Source: Camelus ferus (taxonomy: Eukaryota). From it: a stretch of 64,000 bases of DNA. Of this stretch, positions 1 to 10,503 are shown piece after piece (positions within the stretch are counted from its first letter, which is position 1; every line of letters begins with the position of its first letter). The position numbers and the translations under genes were made by a program. The stretch covers positions 62,002,001 through 62,066,000 of the forward strand of contig NC_045707.1 of assembly GCF_009834535.1 (NCBI RefSeq), read 5' to 3'. The notes under the pieces are model-generated. The model did no database searches. It had not been told where the DNA came from and was given only the letters and a program-made list of their open reading frames with translations.

Positions 1-1075
1 ATTTGGATTTTAATCAAGATTATTTCCAATTCATATGTTTGGAGTGATGATACTGAACTTTCTGTCCATGAACATCCCCTCATTCTCCATTTATTTGGAT
101 TTCCTTTAACATTCCAGACAAAATTTTTAACATTTTATCCATAACATCTTATGACTCTCTTGTTATATTAATATTGCATAGAACCATTGTAACTTTTGTC
201 CAATTACATTGTAAATGCAACTTTTAAACTGTTTTTATTATTCTGATTTGGGATACCAATCTTACATCCAGCAACTTTACTGCATTCTATCATTACTTCC
301 AGTGGTACGTCCACAGATTCTATACAATTATTAATTTAGATAGCATCTGAGAATAAGAACTTTGTTTTCTTCTATTCCTGCTTTTAAAGGGAATGTTTCC
401 AAGTATTTTTACATTAAGCAAAACAACTGTAGGTTTTTGATACATATCTTACCAGTGTATGAAAGTTCTTTAGCTGTTGTTTCTATATGGTATTTTTAAA
501 AATCAATAATTGGTATTGAAGTTTACAAACTATTTTTCTGCATCGAAATTTTCACATGCTTTTACTCTAATGGTGATGTAGTGATTCTCTGAGTCAAAAT
601 CTTTGCTAGGATTAACCTAACTTTTGATAAAGCTTATTTTTGATATTTTATAGGATTTGGTTTGCTAACATCGTTATAGTATACTTAGCCTATAATGGCA
701 TTTGTTTCTTGCTGTATGTCTGTGAACTCTTTTAAGTGTCTGGTGTTTTTAGGTGTATTTGGGTAGAGATGGGTTTTTTTTTAAGTTCTAAATGTAGTTA
801 AATTAACTACATGTATTAAATTTTAAGATTAAAAATAAAAACTTGAGTCATTTTTGATGAGTTATATTCTTAAAACATTTTCCATTTTCTCAATGTTTTC
901 AAAGTCATTCTTTTAAAGTTTTCATTAATATCACAATTTTTTCATTCTATTTTAATTGTAACTTGTCTTTTTTTAAGTCAGCCCTTCCATTTACTGGATT
1001 AAAAATTCTCTTGCTTCAGCAAAGTGAACTGGCCTAGCACTGGCATTCTACTTTTGCTTCTATTACTTTATTTTT
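1..1075 (-). mobile_element. Old L1 (L1M/L1ME-type) ORF2 fragment
   Basis: T-rich antisense L1-like phrases (tccatgaacat...ctccatttattt; ttttaaagggaatgtttcc). Confidence 0.65.
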
Positions 1076-1077
1076 GT

Positions 1078-1210
1078 TCTTGAACTGTGGGCAAGTCATT
1101 GCTGCTGAACGTATTTCTCATCTCCGAAAATGAATTTAGTATTTCCTTGTAAGCTCACGTATTTCCAGTGAGGCTCAAGTAATAATGACTTAAGTTTTCA
1201 AAATGGAACA
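1078..1210 (+). mobile_element. MIR SINE fragment
   Basis: tgtgggcaagtcatt...tttctcatctccgaaaatg MIR core. Confidence 0.6.
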
Positions 1211-1588
1211 AACCAACCCTAGGTGCATCACTTGTAACAAATATTTTCCTACAGAGCATCACGAGCATCTTTTGGAACATGAATGAGAATCAGAGCTTGT
1301 ACCCTCCACAGCCAAGAAAAGGTAGCAAAGTCTGATGTTAAAAGTTAACCTGAGAGCCAGCAATTCGCTAACCATGATAATTATTTTAAAGACTAGTATG
1401 AAAAGATGTTTAAAATAAGTGGCTCCTGAATCCTTAACTACTTGAGCCTGCATTTTGTCTTTGTCAACCTCAAGCAACCATTTATTAGGTTCCTGACCTC
1501 ATGCTACATGCCATAGCTAAAATGCAGTATCTAGGGAGTTAAAAGGTATATAGTGTTGTTGTTGTTGTTTTTTTTTTTTTAATGTAAG

Positions 1589-1860
1589 AATCATTAGTTA
1601 GAAAACATGAAAAGGAAGTCTTAAAAGTCCTACCATCAAGTGGATTTAGTAAAGCATTGAGGTCTTGCAAATAATCCCATTTCAGGGAACTAAGTAGGTT
1701 AGCATGAAATATATTAATTAAAATCTGTACATATGAAATAAGATCTAAAAGTATTTGCTTCAGCTGCATTCAAATATTAGGTGACTCAATACCATGTTAC
1801 ATGTCTATAAGGTCCCCTGAGATACTCTACTGAGAAAGTTTTTCCTCTGGTCCCATTTCT
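1589..1860 (+). pseudogene. Fossil exon candidate (phase 1 to 0)
   Basis: Poly-T...TAAG acceptor, GTAAGT donor. SLVRKHEKEVLKVLPSSGFSKALRSCK*SHFRELSRLA*NILIKICTYEIRSKSICFSCIQILGDSIPCYMSIRSPEILY*ESFSSGPIS (3 stops in 90 codons). Confidence 0.5.
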
Positions 1861-2336
1861 GTAAGTAATTTTTATTCATCCAAGTATTTCCAATTTTAGA
1901 CTGGTTTTTTAATACCCAAAACATTTAGTGAACAAGTGATTTTGATCAATACTAAGGAGCAATAGGTACAATTTCTAGGGGAAAAGCTCCAACTTTGGAT
2001 TAGGAACTGGGAGAAATGAAAAGTCTCTGAATTTTTTTTTTTTAAGCAGATCTAAATAGTTGGGGTAAAATAAAAATGAAAAGTTTTAGGAAAAATTACC
2101 TTTAGAAAGGCTGGCTCATTTTCTGCAATGGATCATTTTCCTCTTGAGAGCAATATTAGACTGGAATGGTGGTAAAATGTATGTATTAAGGTATCTTGGG
2201 TCCCATTTAAATTCACTACCCTTGACACTGGATTTATTTAGTGACAGACTAAAGATGATACTTACTTTACCACCTCCTTACTTGTTATGGGAAAAGGAAG
2301 ATTGTATATAGTTTCTTCCTTCCACTGATGTTGCAG

Positions 2337-2420
2337 AAAGCTAAATCCACAGGACTTAGGTGGAGAAACAAAAGCTGGGCAGAGTTCCTGTGTTCTGTTA
2401 ACAATCTCATTCAGGAGAAA
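2337..2420 (+). pseudogene. Fossil exon candidate, last before the ATXN7L3B insertion (phase 0 to 0)
   Basis: TTTCTTCCTTCC...TTGCAG acceptor, GTGACT donor. Open frame KAKSTGLRWRNKSWAEFLCSVNNLIQEK. Phase matches the preceding 2050-2190 segment. Confidence 0.5.
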
Positions 2421-2537
2421 GTGACTAAGGTTCAACAGTGATTCAACACCTACTTCACTATGTCAGCACCCCAAAAACATGTATAATTTTAAAAGATGAA
2501 CATACAAAGCCACATAAAGTCATTTTTAAAAATTTTG

Positions 2538-2577
2538 TTTATTCTTCTTATTTATCAATGGGGAGATGCAGTTTATT
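2538..2577 (-). terminator. Tandem AATAAA polyadenylation signals of ATXN7L3B
   Basis: Plus-strand TTTATT at 2538-2543 and 2572-2577, followed on the minus strand by TATGTGGCTTTGTATGTT. Confidence 0.75.
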
Positions 2578-2817
2578 TACACCAGCAGCCATAGGGGCAA
2601 GGGGAATACACAGTTAGCAATCTGTTTAGGATGGACTACTTATGCAAAAATAAGACTCTCCAAAACCAAGGACAGTGGTGAGCTTCACTACACTTCCCCA
2701 ATGATCCCAGCATGCGACAATGCCAGGCAATGGCCCCTGGGCATGCGGTGTGGAAACTAATGCATGGAAGAAAAAGCCACAAACCACAGAAATTTGTAAA
2801 GAACCCCTTTCCCCCCA

Positions 2818-2856
2818 ACACACACACACACACACCACACACACACACACACACAC
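2818..2856. repeat. Interrupted (CA)n microsatellite in the ATXN7L3B 3' UTR
   Basis: Direct reading. Confidence 0.95.
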
Positions 2857-4943
2857 TCAGATACATAATAGAATTACAGGGTGATCAATACATTTAATTG
2901 AGGAGAGAAGGACAGGAATTCTGCTGTTAAGAGGAAAGATAGGGAAGGGAAGGGAAGAGTTCCTAACCACTGTCAACTATATGGTAGGGAGCATTCTCTC
3001 CCCCAAAAAGAAGTTAGTTTGTCCCCTCAGGGCACCTGTTGGACCTAGCCCACCTTATACCCATCCAGGACAGGGGGCTACTGCCCTAATAATGGGGGGC
3101 AATAAACAAAAATACAAACCAAGAGGGAGGTAATATGAACCAGCCATTACTCAGAACTATTTCCACTTCTCCCTCCTCTAACCAGGAGAAAAGGCCAGAA
3201 AGGAAACAGTAATGTCACAATCTGAGCTCCCTCTCTGAAGGAAGAGTGAACCATGGCCATACCTTCAGCCTGTTTCCCAGACATTATTTATAAGTAGGCC
3301 AGAGTCTCACTTAGATCCTCCTTTCCCTCTGCATCCCCTTAGAAGGAGATGTCTATAAAAAAGTCAAGGGCAGATAACCCAAAATTACTTTAGCTCTTGC
3401 CAAGATTGGACTTTTTAAGCAGTTATTACAGTTCTTGGATTGGAGACAAAGTCGTAGTGAAGCCCTGACTCTGAGCAGGACAACTCTAGGGGGAGAATGC
3501 AGTAACAGACTATCTTGAGGCCGTATTACTGTGGTTCCCTTAACCCTCTAGAGTACGGAACCCAAATCAGTACATACAGTCCAAATAGTTCCTTCTGGGA
3601 TATGGGAGGAGACATGCACAGCAAGAGTTAGAGAAAATGGATCAGGACCCACTCCACCTCTCTGTGTGTCATCCTTCACTGCTTTTCTGCTTAGGTCCTA
3701 AGAGGCAGTATCCAAGTAGCGGTGGGATTAAGCCACAGCAGGCAGGCATACCTGCGAGGCAGTCCTATGGAGAAACACAGGTATGACACTGCTTTTCATA
3801 CGCAAAAAATTATGTTCTCTTCCCATCATTATCCCAATAGAGAGAGCCATAAGAAAGATTCTTCTCTGAATCTCCCACAAAAACAAGAAAGTGAAACAAA
3901 ACTTAAAAGAAGCCAAGGAAAGGAAAACTGGGCAGGCTTCAGAAGCAGGAGCATCAAGAGAGATAAACTGAAGCTGATCAGTGTGAATGCAGAGTGGCAG
4001 GCAGCACCTGGGGTTATGAGCTGCACCCAGATAGGCAGTGAAGCAGGGGACAGGAGGAATATGGGGCCAAGCCAGACAAATGAGGCTGGGCCCCGAACTG
4101 GGGCACAGAATGAGGTAAGAAAACATTTCAAATAAAGCAGCACCGTCCCCGCTCACCTTGGGGCGCCCACCCTTCTACACTTCATAAACTTTAACCAGGG
4201 AGTCAAGTGGAGGGTAGTTTTTGATATGCAGCTCACACTTCCCATCCTCTCCATCCCATTCCCTAAAGCCAGGGGACTTCTGGAGGCTGTTCCCTGACTT
4301 CCAACAACAAAAGGACAGCTCCTGTTGTCTAAAGGGGATTGAGTGGAAAGGGCTGCCCCTTGTGAGGGGCAGAGAAGGTGGTGACACTCTAGACAGTCAC
4401 CGTAACAGAGCTGTGTGAGTGTGACTGCCCAATCCAAGGAAAAGGGACATTCAGTGGGATACTGTAGTCAGATGAGATGACCCAGTCCTGCTCCTTGGCT
4501 CCTAGCACTAATCCCATTCACATTATTGAGTGCAGCTGGAAACGTGCCCCTCTGGGCTCAGCTTTCAAAAGCTTTCAAACCACTGCCTCCTGCACAGCCA
4601 TGATGCTCTTCCATAGCTCACTCCTGCCCCTGAAATGGGAGGCAGGTAGTGACCTGGCCTAACAAGCAAGTGAGACCCATGGACTGGCTAGGTAATCAGT
4701 AACTCAGAGTAGGCCCCACCGAACTGCTGTCCACAGCATGTATATCCAGAGAAGCATCCTGCAGTCTGAAAGATCTGTGCATAGTTGCAGAGGCCCCTGC
4801 TACCTCCCCAAGGGATCATAACTTAATCCTCAGCCTGCCTGGACAGCCAAGTTGTTCATCTGCTAAGCCTATGCCACCAAGTGCGGTGCAAGAAAGAGGG
4901 CTCTGTTCAGCAGAAAGCTAGCCCATGTCCCCATGTCCCCAAG

Positions 4944-5613
4944 TCCGTTGAGGTCATTGTAAATGCTGGACCTTTGGGAAACTGGTGGCTTTGACCTTTT
5001 CTTCTTGTTGGAGTCACGACCACAGAGCTTCTCCTACCAGATTCAGCCAGGAATTCTTTCTTGGTTTTCCCAAATTGTAATTATTAATATCCAGATCTCA
5101 TACCTGACTTTCATTTGTCTTGGAAAAGCCTAAATCAGAGGCTCACAGATCAGGTGCAGTCCCACTGAGGCCCAACGATTAAGGCCTGACCATCAGTTAT
5201 GTCCAAACTGTCAGTTATCCAGAAAGCCCTTGATATCAGGCAGACAGAACGGCTGAGGAACCAAAGAACTTTATATGCTGAGCACACAGCTGCTCACCTG
5301 TGCACTCGGGACAGTACAGGGTTCTTGCACACTTTCTGGTGTGTTTAGAAATCAACCACTGCATGGTGCGTGGGATGCAGCTCCTCCTGTCCAGGGTTTC
5401 AAAGCTGATCCAAGGTAATACATTATACAAGAATCTGAATTCCTAAAATCTCCACTTCGAGTTTTTTACAGGCTAGGATCTTGAATGGGAATTGGGGCTT
5501 TTGTCTGATTTGTTTTTTTTCTTCCAATTTTTCTACTTTGCTACCTAACTTCTCCAAACCACAGGACTGGTCAATGCTATCGTCCTGGTCACCCTCTGAC
5601 TCTCATGTTGCAG
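4944..5613 (-). pseudogene. Decayed remainder of the parental ATXN7L3 CDS (incl. SCA7 domain) inside the ATXN7L3B 3' UTR
   Basis: Broken-frame translations ESEGDQDD, KKKNKSDKSPNS, ISFETL...LISKHTRKCARTLYCPECTGEQ...GSSAVL, DSLDITDGQALI...QWD and SNKKKRSKPP...SIYNDLN are colinear with the ATXN7L3 C-terminal two-thirds as I recall it. The parental stop position now reads GGA (4944-4946). Confidence 0.9.
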
Positions 5614-5907
5614 CTACTGAAATTCCGGAGGTGAGCGTTGCAGCTGCTGATCGGGCCCATTCCCAGAATCTCCAGGAAGGGAGCAAAGCGGGAGGCGACA
5701 CGCTCCTTTATCTTCCACTGGCTGAATGCCAAAATCCTTCACGCTACCAGTCTCTGCGAATTCCAGGTAGAAGTAGCCACACTTGACTGCCCGGTGCACC
5801 TCAAAGCAGAAGCCCAAACAGGAATCCTCTATCAGGTCTACGTATATCTCCTGAGCGATGGCCTCTAGCTTGTTAGTATCCAGGTTAGCCAACGAAATTT
5901 CCTCCAT
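5614..5907 (-). CDS. ATXN7L3B: Ataxin-7-like protein 3B (intronless retrogene of ATXN7L3/Sgf11), 97 aa
   Basis: [49 protein letters not shown]...QRSPPEFQ matches the recognised ATXN7L3B protein. Good Kozak context (AAAATGG), in-frame upstream TAA at 5944-5946, no introns, CpG island upstream. Confidence 0.97.
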   Translation of the reverse strand: MEEISLANLDTNKLEAIAQEIYVDLIEDSCLGFCFEVHRAVKCGYFYLEFAETGSVKDFGIQPVEDKGACRLPLCSLPGDSGNGPDQQLQRSPPEFQ

Positions 5908-6350
5908 TTTAATTTGTGAGCGACCGTGGGGCGGGCGCTCGGGTTACTCACAGCAGCACCGGCGGCAACACGTCGGGCTCGGCGGGCCGCGCCTAGGCCT
6001 GCAGGCCTGTCAGGGCCGTGTCTTCAGCGGCGAGGGCGGAGGCGGCCGCGGCGGCAGAGGCAGGGCAGCAGCAGCCAGCGGCGACTGCTCCGGAACCCCG
6101 GGTCCTTCCGTTTCGTGTGGCGTCTCCCCGGGTCTGGGACTTTGAGCTCGGGCCGACCCCGGACTCGCCGCCGCCAAACGGTCTCCGAGCCTCACCCAGC
6201 AACCTCGGCCTCTTCCGCTCGCCCGTCCGGGCTTAGCCCCGCCTCCCCGCTTCCGGTCCTCAGCGCGCCTGCGCACCGGCCCTGCGCAGACTCCGGGATT
6301 CTCCCTACGCGCAGCTGCCCGGGAAGCCTTGGAGCTTAGGAAAGCGGTGG
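5880..6350 (-). promoter_or_regulatory. CpG island: promoter and 5' UTR of ATXN7L3B
   Basis: Very GC/CpG-rich with an abrupt AT-rich boundary at ~6360. GC box CCCCGCCT 6237-6244, ETS CTTCCGG 6250-6256, NRF1-like GCGCCTGCGCA 6265-6275. Confidence 0.9.
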
Positions 6351-6604
6351 GAAGAACTCAGACGTATCAGGCTTTCATTATCTCTAATTGTAAAAGGAGT
6401 ATAAGGATGCTGTTTTATGTTATTTTATTTGTAGATTTAAACATTCGCTAATGCACTCGGTACCCATGCTTAATTGATTCCCTCTTGAAAAAGACAACTA
6501 CGTGCACATTTGTGGTATGATCTAAAGTATAGTTACAGGAATAGTTCTCATCTGTTGGAAAATTTGACGTATCGTATACTTGACATAATCATTTATACGA
6601 CTGC

Positions 6605-6637
6605 CGCAGTTGTCACTTAAATCCACTAGATGGTGCA
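6605..6637 (+). promoter_or_regulatory. Candidate CTCF site with upstream module
   Basis: Core CCACTAGATGGTGC at 6623-6636 resembles CCASYAGRKGGCRS. A CGCAGT upstream-type motif lies at 6605-6610, 12 nt before the core. Confidence 0.6.
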
Positions 6638-6909
6638 AGGAAACAAATTAAAATATAGTTTATCTTTCAGTTTTTTTTTTTTTGAATGAAAAACTAGCCA
6701 CTGAAGACATAATTCATATATATTGATCACATGAACCTAAGGCATTTATCTCATTCATAAGACCATTAAGTCTGTGTGACTATAAAGAGATCATCATATA
6801 CATCTTTAAGATAATTCAAAGGGAAAATTATATGTATATTCTCTACTGAAGAAGGAGGAAACCTGAAATATGTTAAATATACTGGGAGGTAAAGTAAGCT
6901 TTTCCTGAA

Positions 6910-7105
6910 ATTGTGCAGCCTAAATTGTGGGAACTAGAGCCAGTCTACCTGGGTTTAAACCCTAGAGCCAGCATTTAACAGTTCGGTTACCTCATCTGAA
7001 TAAAGCTAGTTCCTGTTTCATGGTTAAAATTGAATGATATTTTTAAAAAATCGTCTTGGGACAGATCCTTATATATGTAAGCAAGCATTCAATAAATATC
7101 AACTA
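6910..7105 (+). mobile_element. MIR SINE
   Basis: ctagagccagtctacctgggtttaaaccctag...catttaac MIR 5' pattern. Confidence 0.65.
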
Positions 7106-7316
7106 TTTTAATCATGTTAGTTATGGACTTGATATATTATAAGAAAACCACTGTGGTTAATTCCTTTACTTTTTGCTAGTTTTTTGTTCCCCACCACTAC
7201 CACTATGAAATAGAGCAACCTCCTGTATCTTTATAGTTTATCAAAAAATGGCTGTAGCCTAAAAAACAAAATGTTAATATATTTGTATCTCTCTCATTCT
7301 ATAATTTAATCTACAG

Positions 7317-7688
7317 AATAAAGGAAATATAGACATGTATCCTCCCAGACAGATACAAACAAGAATTTTCTAGTGTATATGATCATCAGAACACTCATAA
7401 ATTTTAGAATTCATTCTTAATGTTGCATGTTATATTTTTATGAGTAGAGGGTTAAATACTAGTTTAACTTACTGATTTATGAGTAATTAGCTCGCACTTG
7501 TATCCATCCAAATTTTCTGATTGGTGTATTTTATCATCTTAAAAAACACAGTTGGCAGATATGGAGGACTTTGAAAGCCTAAGCTATCTATGACTCATGC
7601 ATGATTAAGAATTTTTTTTTAATCTACAAGACTTTTTTTCTCCCACTGCAGCCTTTGTATAATTTAAATATTCTCCATTCAAAAATTG
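7317..7688 (+). pseudogene. Fossil exon candidate with frameshifts
   Basis: CTACAG acceptor, GTATAG donor. Starts IKEI*TCILPDRYKQEFSSVYD and ends LARTCIHPNFLIGVFYHLKKHSWQIWRTLKA*AIYDSCMIKNFFLIYKTFFLPLQPLYNLNILHSKI, in phase 1. Confidence 0.45.
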
Positions 7689-7744
7689 GTATAGTTTTGA
7701 TAAAAGTTGGAATGTGCATATAGCCATATGCTAAGCCATAAAAT

Positions 7745-7975
7745 ATAATGATTAAGTGCAGAAGTTCTTGATTTGGACAGCCTCCCTCCTACCAGTTACC
7801 CTCTATGTGAACTTGCCTTGATTTACTTAATTCCTGTAAATCAATTTTTTCTCACTGTAAAATGTCAATGACAATTTCCATTGCAAGTTTGTTGTGAGAT
7901 TTGAATTTGACAATGAATTTAAAAGTCTTTACAAAGTGTCTGACAAATAGTATATAATATTATATACCCATCTAT
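7745..7975 (+). mobile_element. MIR SINE
   Basis: ttacttaattcctgtaaatcaatttttt...ctgtaaaatg...gttgtgagatt...aaagtgtctgacaaatagta. Confidence 0.7.
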
Positions 7976-8068
7976 TATGACATGTTCAGTTAGGTAAGAA
8001 AATACAAATGTGAATAGAATCATTTCCACTCACTCCTTTCCCATGCCTTCTCCAAATTTAATTTAAAG

Positions 8069-8222
8069 CAATGATTCTCAAATCTTAATATGTATATAAC
8101 CCACTCAGAGATCCTCTTAAAATGTAGATTATAATTCATTAGGTCTGGAGTAGGACCTGGGTTTCTGCATTTCAACATACTTTGATGCTGCTGGTTCATG
8201 GACCACAATTTGAGTAACCAGG
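8069..8222. mobile_element. MER5-family hAT-Charlie DNA transposon
   Basis: caatgattctcaaa...aggtctggagtaggacc...ctgcatttc...gctgctggttcatggaccacaatttgagtaa. Confidence 0.75.
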
Positions 8223-9049
8223 AATTAAAAGGGCTTGATAGTGGACAACTGTCCTTCACAATGATTGACTCCCATATAATTTTTTCTCGCCAAATTATCA
8301 TGAGAACTTTTGCATACTGAATTTTGACAGAAGAAAATAAGAGAGTGTTTTTCTGACCTTTAAATTCCCCTTATATTGTGAGAATTGGAACTAAAATTCT
8401 CAACTTATTTAATTGAAGAGGGGTTGTCAATAAAATATACTTCAAAATATATGCAAAAGACTCACATTAATTGAAATTCAAATAATCAGGACAATGACTA
8501 GGTTTAGATTTACTGTTAGTATTTTATTATATTTACTCTTAGGAAAGGAACATTGTCATGACATTGAAAATTGGCACTGATGCTCATTGTCACCTTGTCA
8601 TCTCTCTTGTCCTAGTTAAGATCGCCTTACTTCTTGTTAAACTGTACTAAAATTATGTTAAATCAATGGCATGCCTCAAAAAGAAGTTAGAAAGAACTTA
8701 GTTCTAATGCAATTAATAGGGTTGAAGATATTTAAGCCTTTGGTATACAAACAAAATTAAGAAAAAAAAACCTCTCCATTATCTAAATCATTGTTCTCAA
8801 TTCAAAGCAAGTAACAGGGATTAATTCTTCATAAATGAGTGATCTTCAAAGAGTACCTACATCATATATGCTTAAAATATGTAGTGCACAAATTACGGGA
8901 AGTAAAATAAATGTATTGTGAAAGTTTAATTGTCTTTGATTATTCTCTTTGCATTTAATAATTGTAATATACGCACTGGGAGAATCAGCTCTTTCAAAGA
9001 GGAGCATGTTTTAAATTATTTAAAGGTTTTCCTTAAAGGTTGAAATTCC

Positions 9050-9071
9050 ATGTGTGTGTGTGTGTGTGTGT
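9050..9071. repeat. (TG)n microsatellite
   Basis: Direct reading. Confidence 0.95.
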
Positions 9072-9396
9072 TTACATGTTGTAAAGAGCGAGACAGCAGA
9101 ATATATCAGGAACAGACCTGGGAGCCAAAAGACCTGAGTTGCTCTCCTCTTTCTGCCAGTAACTTATCAGGTGACCTTTGCAAAAGATGGTGAATTCACA
9201 TTTGTAAACAACAGATAGCTGGATTCATGTTTTCTGAAAGTTTCTTTTGAAACCAAATTTCTGTGAATCAAGAAATTTGAGGAAATAGGTTTCACCAAAT
9301 TAAGGGTCAAGTCAGTTCTTTTGCGTTGGCTCCGGAAGTTCAAATGTTGGCTCCTTAAGGTTTTCTTACCACAAACTAATCTGTTCTCCTTCCTAG

Positions 9397-9463
9397 GGCA
9401 TCTTGAAGGCCCTCCACAGACTCTGAATAAATTCATCTATTCAGTAGATCTATTGAATATCAG
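9397..9463 (+). pseudogene. Fossil exon candidate (phase 1 to 2)
   Basis: ACTAAT branch point, CTGTTCTCCTTCCTAG acceptor, CAG|GTAGGT donor. Single open frame HLEGPPQTLNKFIYSVDLLNI. Confidence 0.6.
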
Positions 9464-10503
9464 GTAGGTGTTGGAATTATCTTGCCTAACATCTGAAGGT
9501 GTTGCCTGTAGACGGTTGTTTTAAGTTGAAAATTTTAATTCTGACTCCTATGAAATCCATTTTCACCTATAAAATATTAGTTAAAACCTTACTTGCTTTT
9601 TTTTTTAAAAACTTACCCATGTTTTTAAGATAAGTGAATAGTAAATCAGAGAAGGAACATTTGACTGTATATGTCTTCTCTGATAAACAGGACCATGTTT
9701 AATGTCAGAAATAAGCTATGCAGTATGCCTTTTTGGTCTAAAATTTGGTAAAAGAAATATATGTTTGTCATAACTCAACAGTAAACACTCACGTGTCCTC
9801 CCAGGCATGACTAGCTTGAGGTTTCAAATTCATCCTCTGCTGAACTCCATTTTTCAGAATTTGCATTTAAAAACTGATTATCATGCCTTGCATGAGATTC
9901 TGAGATGCTAAAACTTGATATCAGATAAGGGTGTCATGCTAAAATTGCAATGTCAAAAATAAATTTACGATTTTAATCTGCCCTACTAAACTGTGAAATC
10001 AAGGTGACTTAGTGAATTTTCTGTGACAGCTCTGGCTTATGAGCCACTAAAGAAAAAAAAAAAAACTGTAATCCTGAGCTAACTATAGTTAGTAAGTAGT
10101 GGAGTATACTAATCTCAAATAACAATTTCAGTACTTAGCATGACATGGTCTTTTTTTTTTTAAGTTGATCTTTCAATACATTGATTGCTCAGAACCATTT
10201 TGATCTCTGGAATGACTTCCACATTTTGTATGTACAGGAAAATGTTTTTAAAAAGATTTTTCAAGTGTTTATGACACTGCCCTTGAAGATTATAAGCCAT
10301 TTCTTAAATAAAAATATAATAATTATTGCTGGCCCCTCCCTATGTGAGAGAGTACACCTGGTAGTGCAGAGATTTAGTGCATAGTTTACCTTATTTGTGG
10401 CTGTAAGGATGGGCCCAGAAAAATGTAAACTTCAATACCGAAAATAATTTCTAATTAGGCATTATGGATGCGATATGACAATTAAAAGAGACTTTTAAAA
10501 ACC

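Larger units (their letters stand above)
2522..5613 (-). other. ATXN7L3B: ATXN7L3B 3' UTR, ending in poly(A) signals and a degenerate retro poly(A) tail
   Basis: No interspersed repeats seen; GC content higher than the flanks. Minus-strand AATAAA at 2577-2572 and 2543-2538, A-rich remnant at 2556-2522, GU-rich element at 2516-2499. Confidence 0.75.

Noticed and set aside
1259..1769. Minus-strand ORFs as the true coding strand of the fossil gene
   Set aside because: Splice signals (poly-T+AG, GTAAGT) are on the plus strand; T-rich antisense frames are stop-poor by composition.
3722..4437. Overlapping 100-140 aa ORFs on both strands
   Set aside because: They lie in the ATXN7L3B 3' UTR, mostly have non-ATG starts and resemble no protein I know; consistent with chance ORFs.
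5236..5430. 64-aa ORF as a separate gene
   Set aside because: It is the decayed SCA7 domain of the parent, with a non-ATG start.
2580..5613. miR-124 sites expected from the lnc-SCA7 literature
   Set aside because: A manual scan found no canonical seed match (AAGGCA on the plus strand), so none is claimed.
5858..6339. Ala/Arg/Pro-rich ORFs in the CpG island
   Set aside because: Stop depletion from high GC content; an in-frame TAA at 5944-5946 excludes a long N-terminal extension of ATXN7L3B.
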